Of a stretch of DNA of 64,000 nucleotides, positions 1 through 14,125 are shown one piece after another. Source of the DNA: Lama glama (taxonomy: Eukaryota); NCBI GenBank assembly GCA_028534125.1, contig CM052816.1:57910001-57974000 (forward strand), given 5' to 3'. Numbering within the stretch: the first letter of the stretch is position 1; every line of letters starts with the position of its first letter. Under the pieces are notes generated by a model. That model made no database searches, was not told where the DNA came from, and saw nothing but the letters and a program-made list of their open reading frames with translations. Position numbers and translations under genes: made by a program.

Positions 1-299
1 ATCATATCTGAGTCATTCTGTACAGCCTACTAGTAACAGTGACCCAGTTCAGCAGTGATTTGCAGCTGGGGTTTAGGATTATTATCAGAATTTCTCAAAG
101 GGATGAGTATAACTAGACATAATTTCTCCAATGTTTCTGGTAGTTGATTGGTTAGGGGATGGGAATAATCCTACTGAAGTAAGAATTTAAAACAAACATG
201 TAACTACAGTCTAGATCATCAGTAGTCAAACTTGATTGTGCATGAAAACCACATGGGAAGCCACCAAAACTTCAGGCTTCTTGATCTTTAAAAACCAGT

Positions 300-1078
300 T
301 GAAGAGACGAGATAACAAGATCTGGTGAGAATGTGGCAAAAAGGGATCCCTTATGCACTGTTAGTGGGAATGTAAACTGGTGCAGCCACTATGGGAAACA
401 GTATGGAGAGTCCTCAAGATGGGTATATATCCAAAGGAAATGAAATCACTGTCTCACTGTATCTGTATCTCTGTGTTCATTATTTGTAGCAGTATTGACA
501 GTAGCCAAGCCATGGAAACAACCTGTGTCCATTTACTGATGAATGAATAAAGAAAATGGAGGGAGGGGTGTATGTATATACATACAATGGAATATTTAGC
601 CATAAAAAAAGGAGATCCTGCCATTTGAGACCACATGGATCAACCTCAAGGGCATTTTGCTAAGTAACATAAGTCAAAGAAAGACAAATACCTCATGATC
701 TCACTTACATGTAAAATCTGAAAGGGCTGAACTTGCAGAAACGGTGTAGGATAGTGGATGCCAGGGGCTGGGGAGTGGGAGAAATGGGGAGATGTTGTTG
801 GTCAAAGGATACAGTTATAAGAGGAGTAAGTTCTGCAGATCTAATGTACAGCATGATGACTGTAGTTAAATACTGTATTGTATACTTGAAAGTTGCTAAG
901 AGAGTAGATCTTAAATGTTCTCACCACCATCACAACCAAGAAATGGTAATTAGGTGAGATGATGGATGTATTAACTAACCTTAGTGTAGTAATCATTTCA
1001 CAGTATTTATGTGTTAAATCATCATGTTATGCACCTTAAAGTTATATGTTACATGTCAATTGTATCTTAATAAAGTTG
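300..1078 (+). mobile_element. Old LINE-1 3' fragment (L1MA9-like)
   Basis: ORF2-end motif gggaatgtaaactggtgcagccactatgg and 3' UTR motif gctaagagagtagatcttaaatgttctcacc, ending at aataaa. Confidence 0.85.
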
Positions 1079-1482
1079 AGGGGGGAAAGCAGTCTAAGGA
1101 CCAGGAAATGAGCATAATGTGATAATGTCTGCTTTCTCATGGAAATCCATTTTTACATTGAGAATCACACCTTATGAAAAGAATCACTGAACCAGTAGAG
1201 TATGGTGGTTTCTTATTGTTGTTTTGGTTTGGTTTGGGTTTTTTTTTTTTATAGCTGTGATGAGGTGTTAGAATTGAGCTTTATTTTTCACAGATCAATT
1301 GTCTTATGTGAGACACACACTCACAACTTTCTCACCCTGACCAACAGTTCCAGTTACCAAACTGCGTGAGTCACAGCTTCTATTTCACTGTCACAGATGT
1401 GGTAAAATGATAGTCAGGTATTTTAAAGCTAATGGTGGCAAGTTTTGTCCTGAATAGTACATAAGCGTGTATTATAAACTGA

Positions 1483-1725
<243 letters not shown>

Positions 1726-4324
1726 TAGATGCATAGTTGATTTACCAGACCAGTTGGCCAGAGAGGAGAATCATATCCAGGTTGTTTTTCTTCTGAGTTT
1801 TTCAAGTTTATTTGTTCATGTCTCTGTAGGCAAAGGATAGTGACTTTAGTTAAGTAATAAACCCTGCCTGAGCTTTCATGGCTACTTAAGATTATATTAA
1901 TTCAATTAGTAGCTTGACTTTTTTTTTTAGCACCATTTGCTGACTTTGCTTTATTTAAATCCCAGGTGTTGTAGTATATGAGGTGTTTAACTATAAAATC
2001 AGTCGGCTTTTCCTGGGAATAGTAGTATGCTCACTTTGAAGAAAGATCATTTCGCCTCCCCATCTCTAAAATAAGTGGATCGGTGATAAGAGATCTGAGA
2101 TCTCTTAACCCCCAAAATCCCCCAATCCCATGAAATTAGTTTAAAATGACTGTTAGCTTCAGCTACAATAAAGGAGGCCAAGGGAAGCTGGGGATCGCAG
2201 CAGAGCCTGCAGAGCGGTCAGGCGGAACCCTGCTGGCGTCCAGTGGACAGAGAACGGCAGCACCTCAGGCTTGTGCTCCCAGCTGTGCAGACAGTGGAGG
2301 AGGAAAGAGAGGGCCCTACCGTTGTGTAAAGACACACGCTGCCTTTCCTTCCCACCATTTCATCCTCCAGCTCGGTTCTGAAAGCCGTGAGGGAGCCACA
2401 CCTGTGTTAGGGTGGTCACTACTTCAAGAACACAGATAGGACTGGTGGTCACTTAGGCATTTATGTCACCTGTGCTTCCTGTCCCTGGGTTCCATCCCCT
2501 CATCCCTGCACACCAGCGCCCTGGGCCTTTCCCATTGCATCAGTGCTCAGTGAATAGGCTCCTTTCCCCTCTCTGAATCTCTGCTTTGTCTCGTCTCTCA
2601 TAAAAGGCTTGCGGTTGTAGACTGCCAAGGAATATTTGTTGTGCATTATTTTTTGAAATGTTAATTATCCTTCGTCCATTTTTTCTGTTTTAAACATGTG
2701 GTTTCTGAATTCGACTAAAAGATAATTAGCTTTTGCATGTTTTATAATCTGTTCTTAGCATCAGATGTAAGAATCCTTATCACTGTATCTTTGAAAAATT
2801 ATGTGGCAGCAGTTTTCTCCCCTCACTCTTCATAGGGTATGTCAAAAAGGGAGGAGTTTTTTTCCTTAAATTCAGTGTAATAATTAATATGGAGGATTCT
2901 TTAAAATTTTAAAGATTGCCATCATTTATGGCAAAAATTTAGAGAGTATTATATTTGTATTGTCAGAATAGGAAGTAGCAAAGTACATAAAAATTATGGG
3001 AGGAAAAGGAAATTACTTTCGCAGGTCAATCTGATTTCACTTCCCAAACTGACTAAAATGAAGAATATGAATTAAAGATAAAGTAAATTTGATTTATTTT
3101 TCATATGTAATTTTGGATTTATTAATGAACAGTTGGCAAAGCTGAGTTTTGTTTTTAAACTGGAATTTTAGCTTTATTTGTGTTTAGTTACTGATTTGTT
3201 TGGGGTAGTTGTTGTTGTTGTTGTTGTTGTTTGTTTGTTGCTTTTTAAGTCTCTTCCAAGTTCTTATTTTGCTACTGACTTACTAGGTGACTCCCGGTCT
3301 GCCTATCTCAGTTTCCCCATTTGCAAAAACAATATAGAAATTTTTACCTGTGGCCTCATTTAGAACTGTGACAACACACACAAAACCAGTTGGCTAGCAA
3401 TAGCTGCAAGTCAGTGCTACCTCTTACGAGTATATGCAAAAATTGGTTAATAGAACAACTCAGTCAGTTAGTCAGAAACATTTGTTGTGCCTGTGTTATG
3501 TGCAGGCACCATAGATTAAACCAATATTAACATTCCCTAACTTAACAAATACTAAGGGAAGGAAATTGTTTGAATTTGATTTTCTTGGCTTTCACCTTTG
3601 TTGTGGAATATCGAGGGAAAATAAATCAGACCGTGCTCAAAGTCTGGTCTGTGATCAGCTTCATGTGGAAACAAGTATCTTATATGTTAACGCTCAAGGA
3701 CTTAGAATTTACAAATAAGCATTTCCTTCCCATTCTTTCAAGTGTTTTAAACTAAACCTGATTGTCTTTTTTGTAGTCATCAGTTTTCCATCTTTCAAAT
3801 AATACTTGGGATTTAGAATTTTCTCTAGCATTTTTCCTCTTTGCCCAAACAGAGAAGCTTCCAGAACACATAGTGGGGCAGTCAGCCCAGCTCCCGCCCT
3901 ACTTGCCAGGGTGTCCTGGAAAATATATTTGCCTCCTTTCTGTATGCCTTAGCTCTTCTAGCTGATGGACACAATCCCTTAAATTTGTTTCACAGTTTAT
4001 GAGGCATTTTCTGTGTATTATTTTGTTGGGCTGTCCAACAATCTTTTGAAGTATATGGGACAAATGGTATTTTATCATTATCAAGATGATTTTGGGAGAA
4101 ATTAGGTCCCTTATTCAGTGTCCTTGAGGACAGGAGTGCACCTGATTTAGTACAAAATAATATGTACAATAAAAGCTAAAGACTTGGGAAAGACCTAGTT
4201 TGGGGAAGAACTAGGGCCAGAGCCCACATTTTTTAACTTCTTACTTCTGTTTATTTTTCTGTCATGCCCCACTTTAAGGGTGTTTATAGTTAAATACAGA
4301 TTTGATGATGTTGCCTGAAACTAA

Positions 4325-4489
<165 letters not shown>

Positions 4490-4974
4490 TAAAGCAGAAC
4501 TGAGCACCTTGGAAGAAGAAAGCAGTGGCCACTCAGTAGGGTGTGAGGGGGCCAGAGGAAACCCCTGTCCTCGGCATCTGGACAGATACCTGATGCGTAG
4601 TTCTGTGGCCTGTACAACCGGGAAGGAGTATTCATCCTGTACATTTTAGTCTCTGGATTCTAACAGAGTGGGACTGGACATTCCTCCACTTGGTAGAATC
4701 TCAAGTGAAAGTCCTTATGTACATTTGAAACTTGAGCTAGGCTGAGTGCACCGCAGGAATCCAGAAATGGGTGATTGATTATCAGTGAGAACCAAATGTG
4801 GCATGTCAACGAAGCAAGAGGCAGTTGCCTTTGACCACAACCTCAGGTGTTAAATACTAACCATTTAATTTGTGTTGGTATTCTCCTAAGGTTGCTCTGG
4901 GTTAGTTTGGAATAACAAGTTTTAGTTTCATGTCTTAGATTAGGGTATTTAGTCATTGTTTATTGCTATGCTAA

Positions 4975-5185
4975 GAATAATAACAACAATAACTAATACT
5001 TAAATAGCACTTACTTTACACCAGGCTGTGTTCTTGGTGTTTTAGATTTATTAATTTAACTCCTCACAACTCCATGCAGATGAGAAAACGGGGACAGAGA
5101 TGTTGTATAATTGCCACCCACCTAGTAGGTGATGAAGCCACCTGGTGAAACCAGGCAGTCTGGCCCCACAGTCTGCCCTTAACCT
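4975..5185 (-). mobile_element. MIR SINE
   Basis: aataataac...agcacttac...cctcacaac...cagatgagaaaac core in reverse orientation. Confidence 0.7.
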
Positions 5186-5314
5186 CAAATGTAACATCAG
5201 AAAATACTACTTTGGGTAGGAACTGAAAAGATGGTCTGATCTAGCCCCTGTTCTGAAAAATGTATGGTGTGTTTTGTTTTTCTAAGATGGGTATTATAGC
5301 CTATGGCATACCTC

Positions 5315-6570
5315 ACATTCATTAAATATATTCACTAAATATATATTGAGCAACTACTACATTCCATGCAAACACAGAAATATAAAATTATGACCATAAT
5401 GAGCACTATGAAGACATCTATGAAAAGCCTCTGTGGGTAGGGATTTTTTGCTTGTTTGTATTTTAAACTTAGGTTAGGAAAGGATTCCTTGAGGAAATAT
5501 TTCTCGAGTTAATATTTGAAGCATGAATAGGAATTAACTGACTGAAGAGGGGAGAACAATCCAAAAAGAAGAAATAACATATGCAAAAGCCCTGTGGCAG
5601 AACAGACATGGTGAGCAGAAAGGGGCCAGAAGGAGGTATGAAGATACTGTAGCTGCCACAGAGAGAATTGGAGGGCGAGGTAAGGCTGGAGAATGTAGAT
5701 AATGCTAAGCTATTTTGTCTACATCCTGAAAATAGGTAGAAGCTACTGAAAGACTTTAAGCATGATCAGACTTGTGTATCTGGCTATAATATGGGGAAGA
5801 GACTGGATCAGGGCCAGGGTGGCTACGGTCAGAGCACTTCGGAGACTTTCCTGATTGTCTGAGCAAGAGGTGATGGCTGCATGGGGACCAGGACGTGGTG
5901 GAGTTAGAGAGCAGCCGTATCTGAGAACAGATAACATGATAGTGGGGACGAGATGTGGAGGCCAGAGGCAGAGGTGAAATCTGACCTCCTCAGTTTTCAA
6001 CTTGTGTTATCTGGACAAAAGGGTCGTCGCCATGTGTTTGCAAAAGACACTCAGGAAAAAAGACTTCATTTGACAAGGAAAAATATTATTTTGTCTCTGA
6101 ATGTGTTGCATTTTGAGATACCTTTGAGACAGTCAAGAGATTTCACAAGGGAAATTGGCATCTTAATGGAAAAATCTCAACTAGAGATGTAATTTATACA
6201 TTCACGTGTAAATGTCTGCAGATGAGCACAGGCCACGACACAATCAGAAACATGTGCGAACAGGCACCATGGAAAGAGGTGGTCTACATAAGGGACACTC
6301 CTGAGAGGGTGGGGACGATGAGGACTTCTACACAGGGCATTGGACTTAGTTGCGTGAGGGCCATAGAATGAGGGAGCAGGAAACCAAATTGGAATGAGTT
6401 GTAGAGTGAGTCAGGTGCAGAAAGGAGACTGAGCATTGGCAGTGTTTGAGATGTCTAGCTGTGACGGGGAATGGAAGAGGGTAACGAGGGTTTGCTTTGT
6501 ATAAGGGGAGAAGCAGAAGCACGAAATGAGAAAACCTCAAGGACATTGGTGGAATAGCACCTGATTTAGT
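5315..6570 (-). mobile_element. Degraded LINE-2 (bounds approximate)
   Basis: cattcatt...tattgagcaactactac L2 3'-end signature followed by purine-rich L2-like motifs (tgcaaaagccctgtggcag). Confidence 0.6.
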
Positions 6571-8066
6571 CCATGGTAATGCATACAACAGAAATTAAAG
6601 GCTTGGAGGAGACCTAATATTCTGTGTTAACACATAAGTAGCCTTTCATATAAGCAGCAGTGATTGTATTATTCCCAGATAATCACCAAAAAAAAATCTC
6701 TACGGTACCCGTTTGCTTGTTTGTTTTCACTCATTTTTGTAAAAGTCCTTCTGGAAGAATCACCACTGCAGCCACCATCACTGCCCCTGCTCGGTTCTAG
6801 CACAGCAAGATGCTGTTCTTTAGGCTTTTATCCTGATACTGTAGGTCGTGTTTTTCCCTAAAAAAAAGAAAAAAATGTTTTTAAAGCTCCTTACTTATTA
6901 GTCACTGGGCCCCATTTCATGCAATTTATGTAGGAGAAAATCAAACCTTTGAGTGATTTGCTTTTGAAAGTGAAATGACCTGGTTCTTTATTACCAGCTC
7001 TTTTAACGTATGTGTGCTGCAGAAGCTCCCGGGGAGGCTTTGTTTTTCTCCCAACGCCTTTGCTTATTTCAAGGGTTTGGAAAAACCTTAAGAAATTACA
7101 CTTGTATTGCAGAAAGGCCCTTCCTATAAAGAGGTTTGGGTGCCCATTAACACGTAGGGCGCCTCACTCACACTTGGCTGCAGTTGTAGTTTGCACACCT
7201 CCTTATTCATTCTCTGACCGGTGCAGGGCCACCTGAGCTTTGCTTTCTGTATTTCCAAGCCAGAACCAAGGCTCGTGTGCTTCTGCGGCACTGAGAAAAT
7301 CACAGCTCTCCTTGTCTGGGGAGTTGCCAAGGTTCTGCTCGGGCCTGCGTTTGCAGGGAGTCCCCCGTCACTGTGTTGCTAGTCTGCAGCAGCCTAAGCT
7401 ATGCTTGTGTTTTTATCTCTTTCTTTTCCCATGTCTCAAAAAGCTTCAGTTTTATTGAAGTGTAATTTTGCACCCTGGATTGGAAGAAATGAGCACTAAG
7501 TGTTTCTGATTGCCTAATTTATTTTTTAAGATGCATAAATCTATCTGGAAAAGCCTAATAGTTATATTTATTTTAACACTGTGAAGTAGGAGTCTTACTG
7601 CTGAATTGCTGAAAATTCAAAAGCTTGCTCCGTCCTGTCATAGCACAGTGAGTGGATACGGGGCTGACAGCTTGGGTAATTCTTACTGATTATCTCCCAG
7701 CAATTTGATCCAGAGTGTACTCTTCATTTTCGTTGTGTTTTGCTTTTCTGACTGTAAAAGGAACTCGCACTCACTGCCCAAAGTGCGGGAAATTATGAGA
7801 GCTTTGAAGAAGAAAACCAGAATTGCTCATAATTTCACTGCCCAGAAGTCTGTTGACATGCAGGGCATTTCTCTTTTATATTTTTCATCAAACGTAAATA
7901 TCTTTAACTTACAAGATTGGAGTTACAATGTGCCTTTAGTTTTGCTACTTTGCTTCTTTTACTTAGCGTTATGTTGTTTTTCCCTCTGTGTCATTAACAA
8001 TCCCGTTTTTGCATGTAGTATGCATTCCTTGGCTGGACCTGGTGTATCTGGTATGTTCTGTTGCAG

Positions 8067-8169
8067 TGGGAAGACGAGAAGAACTTTGGTGCATCCCTGT
8101 TACTCCCGGGCCTAAAGCAGAAGAACCCAGTGGGGTTGAGCTCCCAGTTGTACGGCTATGCGCTTCTTG
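8067..8169 (+). CDS. MRPS27: MRPS27 internal coding exon
   Basis: ttgcag|TGG...CTTG|gtaagc; 103 nt; [34 protein letters not shown](G). Confidence 0.96.
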
Positions 8170-10208
8170 GTAAGCTGGTGGTCCTTACGAATGTTGTTCT
8201 TCGTGGGTAGAACTGATGCATTCTTCTACTTCATAATAAAATTATAGCTTGATTTAAACTTACCAGTGAAATTCCAATACAGCTTTCATTTTTGACATAA
8301 AAATAGACCTTGCTACAGCCTTGCAGTTATGCCCTAAGACAGTAAAGAGGATTCTTAAACCTGTCACCACTGGCAAGGTAAGAGCTAGTTTCTATTTAGT
8401 AGTAATCAATGTGAGGAAGGGATAAAGAAAGGAAAGTTCTGGCCCTCTTTTGACTGGCAGGATCTTTCCCATTGTTGAAAAGATCTTTCTGTCACTATAA
8501 ACCTAAAGTCCAGGAGGTAAGAAATAAAGCGTTGAAGTTGAATACATTTCCTTGGTATTGTTTTCAAGGGAGGGAAGAGAAACTCAGAGAGCACATCCAG
8601 TAGCACTTGGAGAGCAGAGAGGTGCTCACCGGTGTGGTGTGACTACCACACAGGGGGGCTGCCAGCTTCACTTTAGAGCCCCAATCGCACGAAAACCAGA
8701 CAGTCAGGAGGGCAAAGCCTTTTGAGGGGAGGCCTCTGCACTTGGGTTATGTGGAATCTGGGCAAATAGCATTCAACCTAAAAGCATGAAGTATGTCCCG
8801 GTTTACAGAGGTTTATTAAATGCATGTTGTCTCATTACCCATCCATTCTCTCTCCTAAGTAGATAGGCGTTTGAGAAAGCACCTTCTCTTGATCATACAT
8901 TGTGTCTGCTTACGTTTGTTTTCTGAAAATTATCTAAGTTGACTGCAGTTTGACACTTTTGAAGCACAATGTAATGTGGCATTTGCGGACACTGAATCTG
9001 ATTGAAACTGACTCAGAGGGAGGCGTTTCAGAGTTTATCAGACAGACTAACAAAAGAGTTGATCACTCTTTTAAAATAATTTTTTCCTTATTTGCCATCT
9101 ACTTTTGATACTGATTTATAAGATTTTGCCTTTGCCTTCAGACTAGCACTCAGGACTCTACACCACATGAATTGTCCAGGAAGTTGTCAGAGCTAAGAAA
9201 GCATTCTTAGTTGTTAGTTGTTTTTGAGGAAAGGCCCAGGCGCTTCGGGTCTGGCAACATCAGATCCAAAGCTCTGCTCTCACTGTGTCATGTGCTATGC
9301 AGCCTCGCTCACCTCCAACAGAAGCAACTTCCAGAACGTGACTGCAGCCAGCCCCAAGCATCTTAAAGGTCTAAAATTAGCTGTCACCTGATGAGCTTTG
9401 TCTGTTTATGTCCCACTACAGCTTTCTCAAATCCTCCTTGCCGGGAAAGATAAGTGAAGGTGGATTTAATACCTGGCAGCTCAAGGTGACTTTGGTCGTA
9501 GTGCAGAGAGAACTGTTCCCTGGAAATCCAAAGACAGCCTCTGTCCCCACCAGGACCCTGCTGTCTGCCAGCCACTTCTTAAGCTCCAGCTGTGATGGTT
9601 TGAGGTACCAAGAGAAACGTTCATGTCCTGAGACCTAAAAGGATTATGAGGACTGTATGATTTAAGTACTGATGAAGTTCAAATAGTGGAAAGAAGAGCA
9701 AAGTGATTTTTTTTTTTTCCATAATGAGCAGTCGGCTGTTTTGGAGCATCTTGAAAAATGTCAACCATTTCCTAGCAGGGAAAGTTGTCAAACATTGACA
9801 AGATTTTCACTGTAAGAAAGTTGCAGAATTTCTTTTTCTGAGGAAGATTTTGTTCTTGAAACAAAAATAATGTTTCAGTCATTTGGCTTGTTCTGTAAGG
9901 ATAGCTCCTCTCAAAGGCAGGTATCACAACCTCTGAGTTTCCCTCAGCCCCACGGCTCATACCTCCTCATGATAATCTCCAACAGTCCAGGTGAAAAAGG
10001 AGAAAAATCAGTTCACACAGCTTTATATTGAAAAGTGTATACATTGATACATTGACTTTTCCCAGATTTTTCATCATCCATCTGAAGTGTCTCCATTCAC
10101 TGGGTGGATGAGGCGCTTGGTCTGGAATTGAAATGATCCTTCTCTGCTTTTAGACCTGCAGGTGAATATTCACTTGTGCCTTTGAGTCCTCCATCTCAGA
10201 CATAGTGA

Positions 10209-10508
<300 letters not shown>

Positions 10509-10740
10509 TAGAGTCATGTACTTACGTCAGTTGAAAAGGAATGAAAAACCACGAACATTCTCAATGTTACTGACAAAAAGCACTAGAAAATAAGATTAAT
10601 GTTGATTTTATAGCTCATTATCTGGGAGGAAAACTGAAATTCAAACTGAGTTCAGTAAAATACTGTCTAACCACCCACCCCAACAGAATAATAAAATCTC
10701 ATTAGGAGCTCAAGAGAATTTAAGATAACATTTTAAATTC

Positions 10741-10870
10741 TTTTTGTTTTGTTTGGTGGAGAGGAAATTAGGTTTATTTGTGTATTTATCTTTAATGGAG
10801 TTACTGGGGATTGAACCCAGGACCTCCTGCATTCTAAGCACATGCTCTACCACCGGGCTATACCCTCCCC
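10741..10870 (-). mobile_element. tRNA-derived SINE, camelid Vic-1 type
   Basis: Minus strand GGGGAGGGTATAGCCCGGTGGTAGAG...GGTTCAATCCCCAG...AAATAAACCTAATT plus A-rich tail; A and B boxes present; TSD-like cattttaaatt (10729-10739) and catttttaatt (10873-10883). Confidence 0.88.
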
Positions 10871-12491
10871 CTCATTTTTAATTTTTGGCGTTTCTATATC
10901 CTCATGTAGTCCTGGGAGACTACCTACCTGGCAGTTTCCCCTCCATAAGAGCTCTCAAGAAGTGAATTTAGAGACCAGAGGTGTCATCATTTTTTTTCCC
11001 TTTCCTTAAGCCATTCTGTGGTGAATGCATGGTGCTGAGATCTGGACCAGATGTTCCTTTCAAAGTTCTAGGCTTTCACTTTGCCTATACTGGGAAACTC
11101 CTCTCCCACTAGTTTCAAAGCTCATGCCTCTTGGTCACCTTGGGCTCTTGACATTACATACGAAGTTATTAGACTCAGGCTACAGAAAGTAGCATCTTAC
11201 AGCCATGGGACAAGCCTTACACTCAATAGGAAGCCACAATGTTCACTCCTGTTTAATCAGCTTTTGTAGTCAGAGTGAGGCCTAGAAGGACATTAGTTGT
11301 TTCATTAACAGGGTGTAAAAGTTAACTCTGAGCTGCTTATTTGTTTTGCCTTGACCCTGATCATTAGGATTCACCCCTTGACTTTCGTTTCAGTCACAGG
11401 ATACACAAGTCTGGTCTCTATACTGGCTTTGTATACTGATGTCTGGTGAATCATTATGTTCTTTGCCAGACATTTATAACAAAGCATATACATTTTAAAA
11501 TATATATTCATGTTTTAACCCTGCTGTAGTCAGTACTGGTGATTGAAAACACAAAATTATACATAAATGCTTTGCCAGGGAAATATGCCTTCCACTTTGA
11601 GCCAGATTTGCATTCTTTGTGTTCTGACTTAATAGGAATGTGATTCAGATGTCAGGGGAAATGGGTATGTGTCAGGTTTGGTTATAATGTATTAGTGGCA
11701 TTAAAAAACCTTGGAGTATTTTCAGGATTTTTGTTCTGATGTGACATGGACAGAATTAATCAGTCTCCATGCAGGAGCTAATGCCGACCATGAGATTGTT
11801 TCTGTCCCATCTCTGATGATTAGGCCCTCTGTTCGAAGGAGGTTGGCCCAAAGTGAAAGTGGTAGAGGAGAGGGGTCAAAACACAAAGAAACCCTGTTTT
11901 ATAATTTACTTACTTTCTAAGTCATAGAAATCACCTGTTAACAGTAAACTTCATATACGCCTGTCTAGTCTTTGTCAGCAGCTTGTATAGATGGCGCTGA
12001 TCCCTAATTTATGGGTACCTTTTCTCTAAAGGAGGCCCTGCCTAGATTCAGAGGCCTTACCGTGCATTCAGAATGGCCCATTGTTGGTTGTGGTCTGTAG
12101 TGGTTTTTCTTTCCCTTTCTCCTGATTCTAAACCAATTGAGGAAGAAAGACATGAAAGAGGGAGTACTTTAGTGCCCATCAAGCATAATTCTTGGCTTCC
12201 TACCTGGTCGATTAAAAGTGAAATCAGAAGCCACTGTGCTGATTCACTTATACAAATAATTCTGAGCTTGCTTATTTGTTCCATTTGTTTTGTACCAAGT
12301 TTTCCATGCTGTGCAACAGGGTGTAATGTAAAATTATATAACCGTGTCTGTTTCCTATGATGTGATAAGAGAACTCTTCTCATGATTTTTTTAGATCCCA
12401 GTGTTCCCTTCCTTTCCCTTCTCCAGCCTCTCTTCACAGTGCTTTTCAGGCCACAGGATGTTTAGTCCCTGCCCCACTTTCTGCTCCGCAG

Positions 12492-12662
12492 CTCGACGTG
12501 CTAGACAGAGCGCTGAAGGCTCTGACCGCTCCATCCCCTGGGTCTTCAGAGGAGCAACCCCAAGAGGGTGAGGAGGGCCAGCGGCCAGAAGAAGTCCTGG
12601 AGCAGTTGGATGTGGAGGAGACTGAACAGTCCAAGCTTCCCCAATACCTGGAACGATTTGAG
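12492..12662 (+). CDS. MRPS27: MRPS27 penultimate coding exon
   Basis: ccgcag|CTC...GAG|gtgagt; 171 nt; [11 protein letters not shown]...[16 protein letters not shown]. Confidence 0.95.
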
Positions 12663-13954
12663 GTGAGTCGGAGCAGAGTTGAGTCCCCACAGCTGTGCGT
12701 TAGACGTGCTTCTCTGCTGTGGTGATGGACAAGCAGTCCTTTAATGCATCAGTGTCCCACACAGACATAAAAACTGACATCAAAAATCACACTTTTATTG
12801 TTCACAGAGGAAGTGGTCTTAAAAGAAACAAATGGAATTTTTATGCTCCTTTTTGTGCTTGAGGAAATCGGTCAGCTTTGTTCCCCAAGGCAGCATGTCA
12901 TTACCGACTCATCCCTGACGTGTGCTCGATGAGCGGGTAATAGCTTGGCTTCTCATAGCAAGCATCTGACTCCAGCCCCGGTGCAGAGGATCTAGGCATT
13001 TCTCCATATTGCACTGAACCTTCATGATCACTGGAAACCCAGGTGGAAATCACAAAGCCCCATCTGAGTATGATGGAGGTGAGACGCAGGCGTCATCTCT
13101 TACTCGGCTTGGTGGTGTGTGCTAGGGCCATGGGAAACGCGCTCTGTACCACACGGACGATGTAGGTGTGTTTCCACTGTTGGTTTTCGGACAGCCCTGA
13201 GCACTCAGGCTGCCTTTGGTAGCTTTGAGCTGTATGTCCCAAAGTGCTCTGTGATCAGAGTCAGGGAGGGGAGCCATGTTCAAATTTTAAACCCTTGGCC
13301 TGTTCCTTGCTGCATTTCTCATCTGCTTAGCACAAAGCAAAAACAAACAAACAAAAAAAAAAACAAAGTGCTGCCTGAAGGAGAATTCATTGTATGAAGC
13401 AGAAAATGGGAAACCGTCCCGGCTGACCCACTGTGTCATTTTGGGACAGAGGGATGTACACTCTGCCAGACTATTACATTTAAGTCTTTGCAGTAATTAT
13501 ATTCAACCAGCTCTGAGAAACCCAGTTCCCTGTATTCTCATGAGGGTTCCAGTACTTTGAGCAGCTGTTTGTCCTGCTACTTCTGTAAGGTCACTGCTCA
13601 ACTTCCCTCTTTTATAACTTAAAAACTGAGAAAGGAAGGTTAATCAGTGTTTTCAGGGTACACAGAATTAGCAGCTAAGTTAAAAATTTACACACCCTTT
13701 CTTTCCTCTTAACTTTGCCTAACTTTGCAGATTTAGAAAAGCTGAGAAACAAAAAATCTGCTTGGCCCATAGATTATCATTCACTATATTCGTCTTGACC
13801 AAGGCTGCCCCACCTCTCCTAAAAATTACCTAATTTCTTTCTCTAGTTTCTTACATATTTAATCTTGGAGAATAGAAATCAGTGCCTCCATTAAATTCTC
13901 AGGCCTCTCTCTTGCACAGTGCATTTTTATTTTTAATTCAAAAAAGAAGAGAGA

Positions 13955-14125
13955 CCAGTATTTCTTGACTGCCAGCTGTGTGTTAGGTGCTACCACATTT
14001 CATTTCTCCTCACCATAGCCCTGGGTGCTAGGTACTGCTCCCCCCATGTTACATGACACCGAGGCTGGCGGAACCTCACCCATAAGTGACTGACTTTGAA
14101 CACAAGTTTGCTGACTCGGAGGTGA
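13955..14125 (-). mobile_element. MIR SINE (degraded)
   Basis: tgtgttaggtgct...tcctcaccatagccctg...cccatgttacatga MIR-like. Confidence 0.5.

Noticed and set aside
10795..10870. tRNA gene
   Set aside because: The tRNA-like head has degenerate stems and continues into a SINE tail with a TSD
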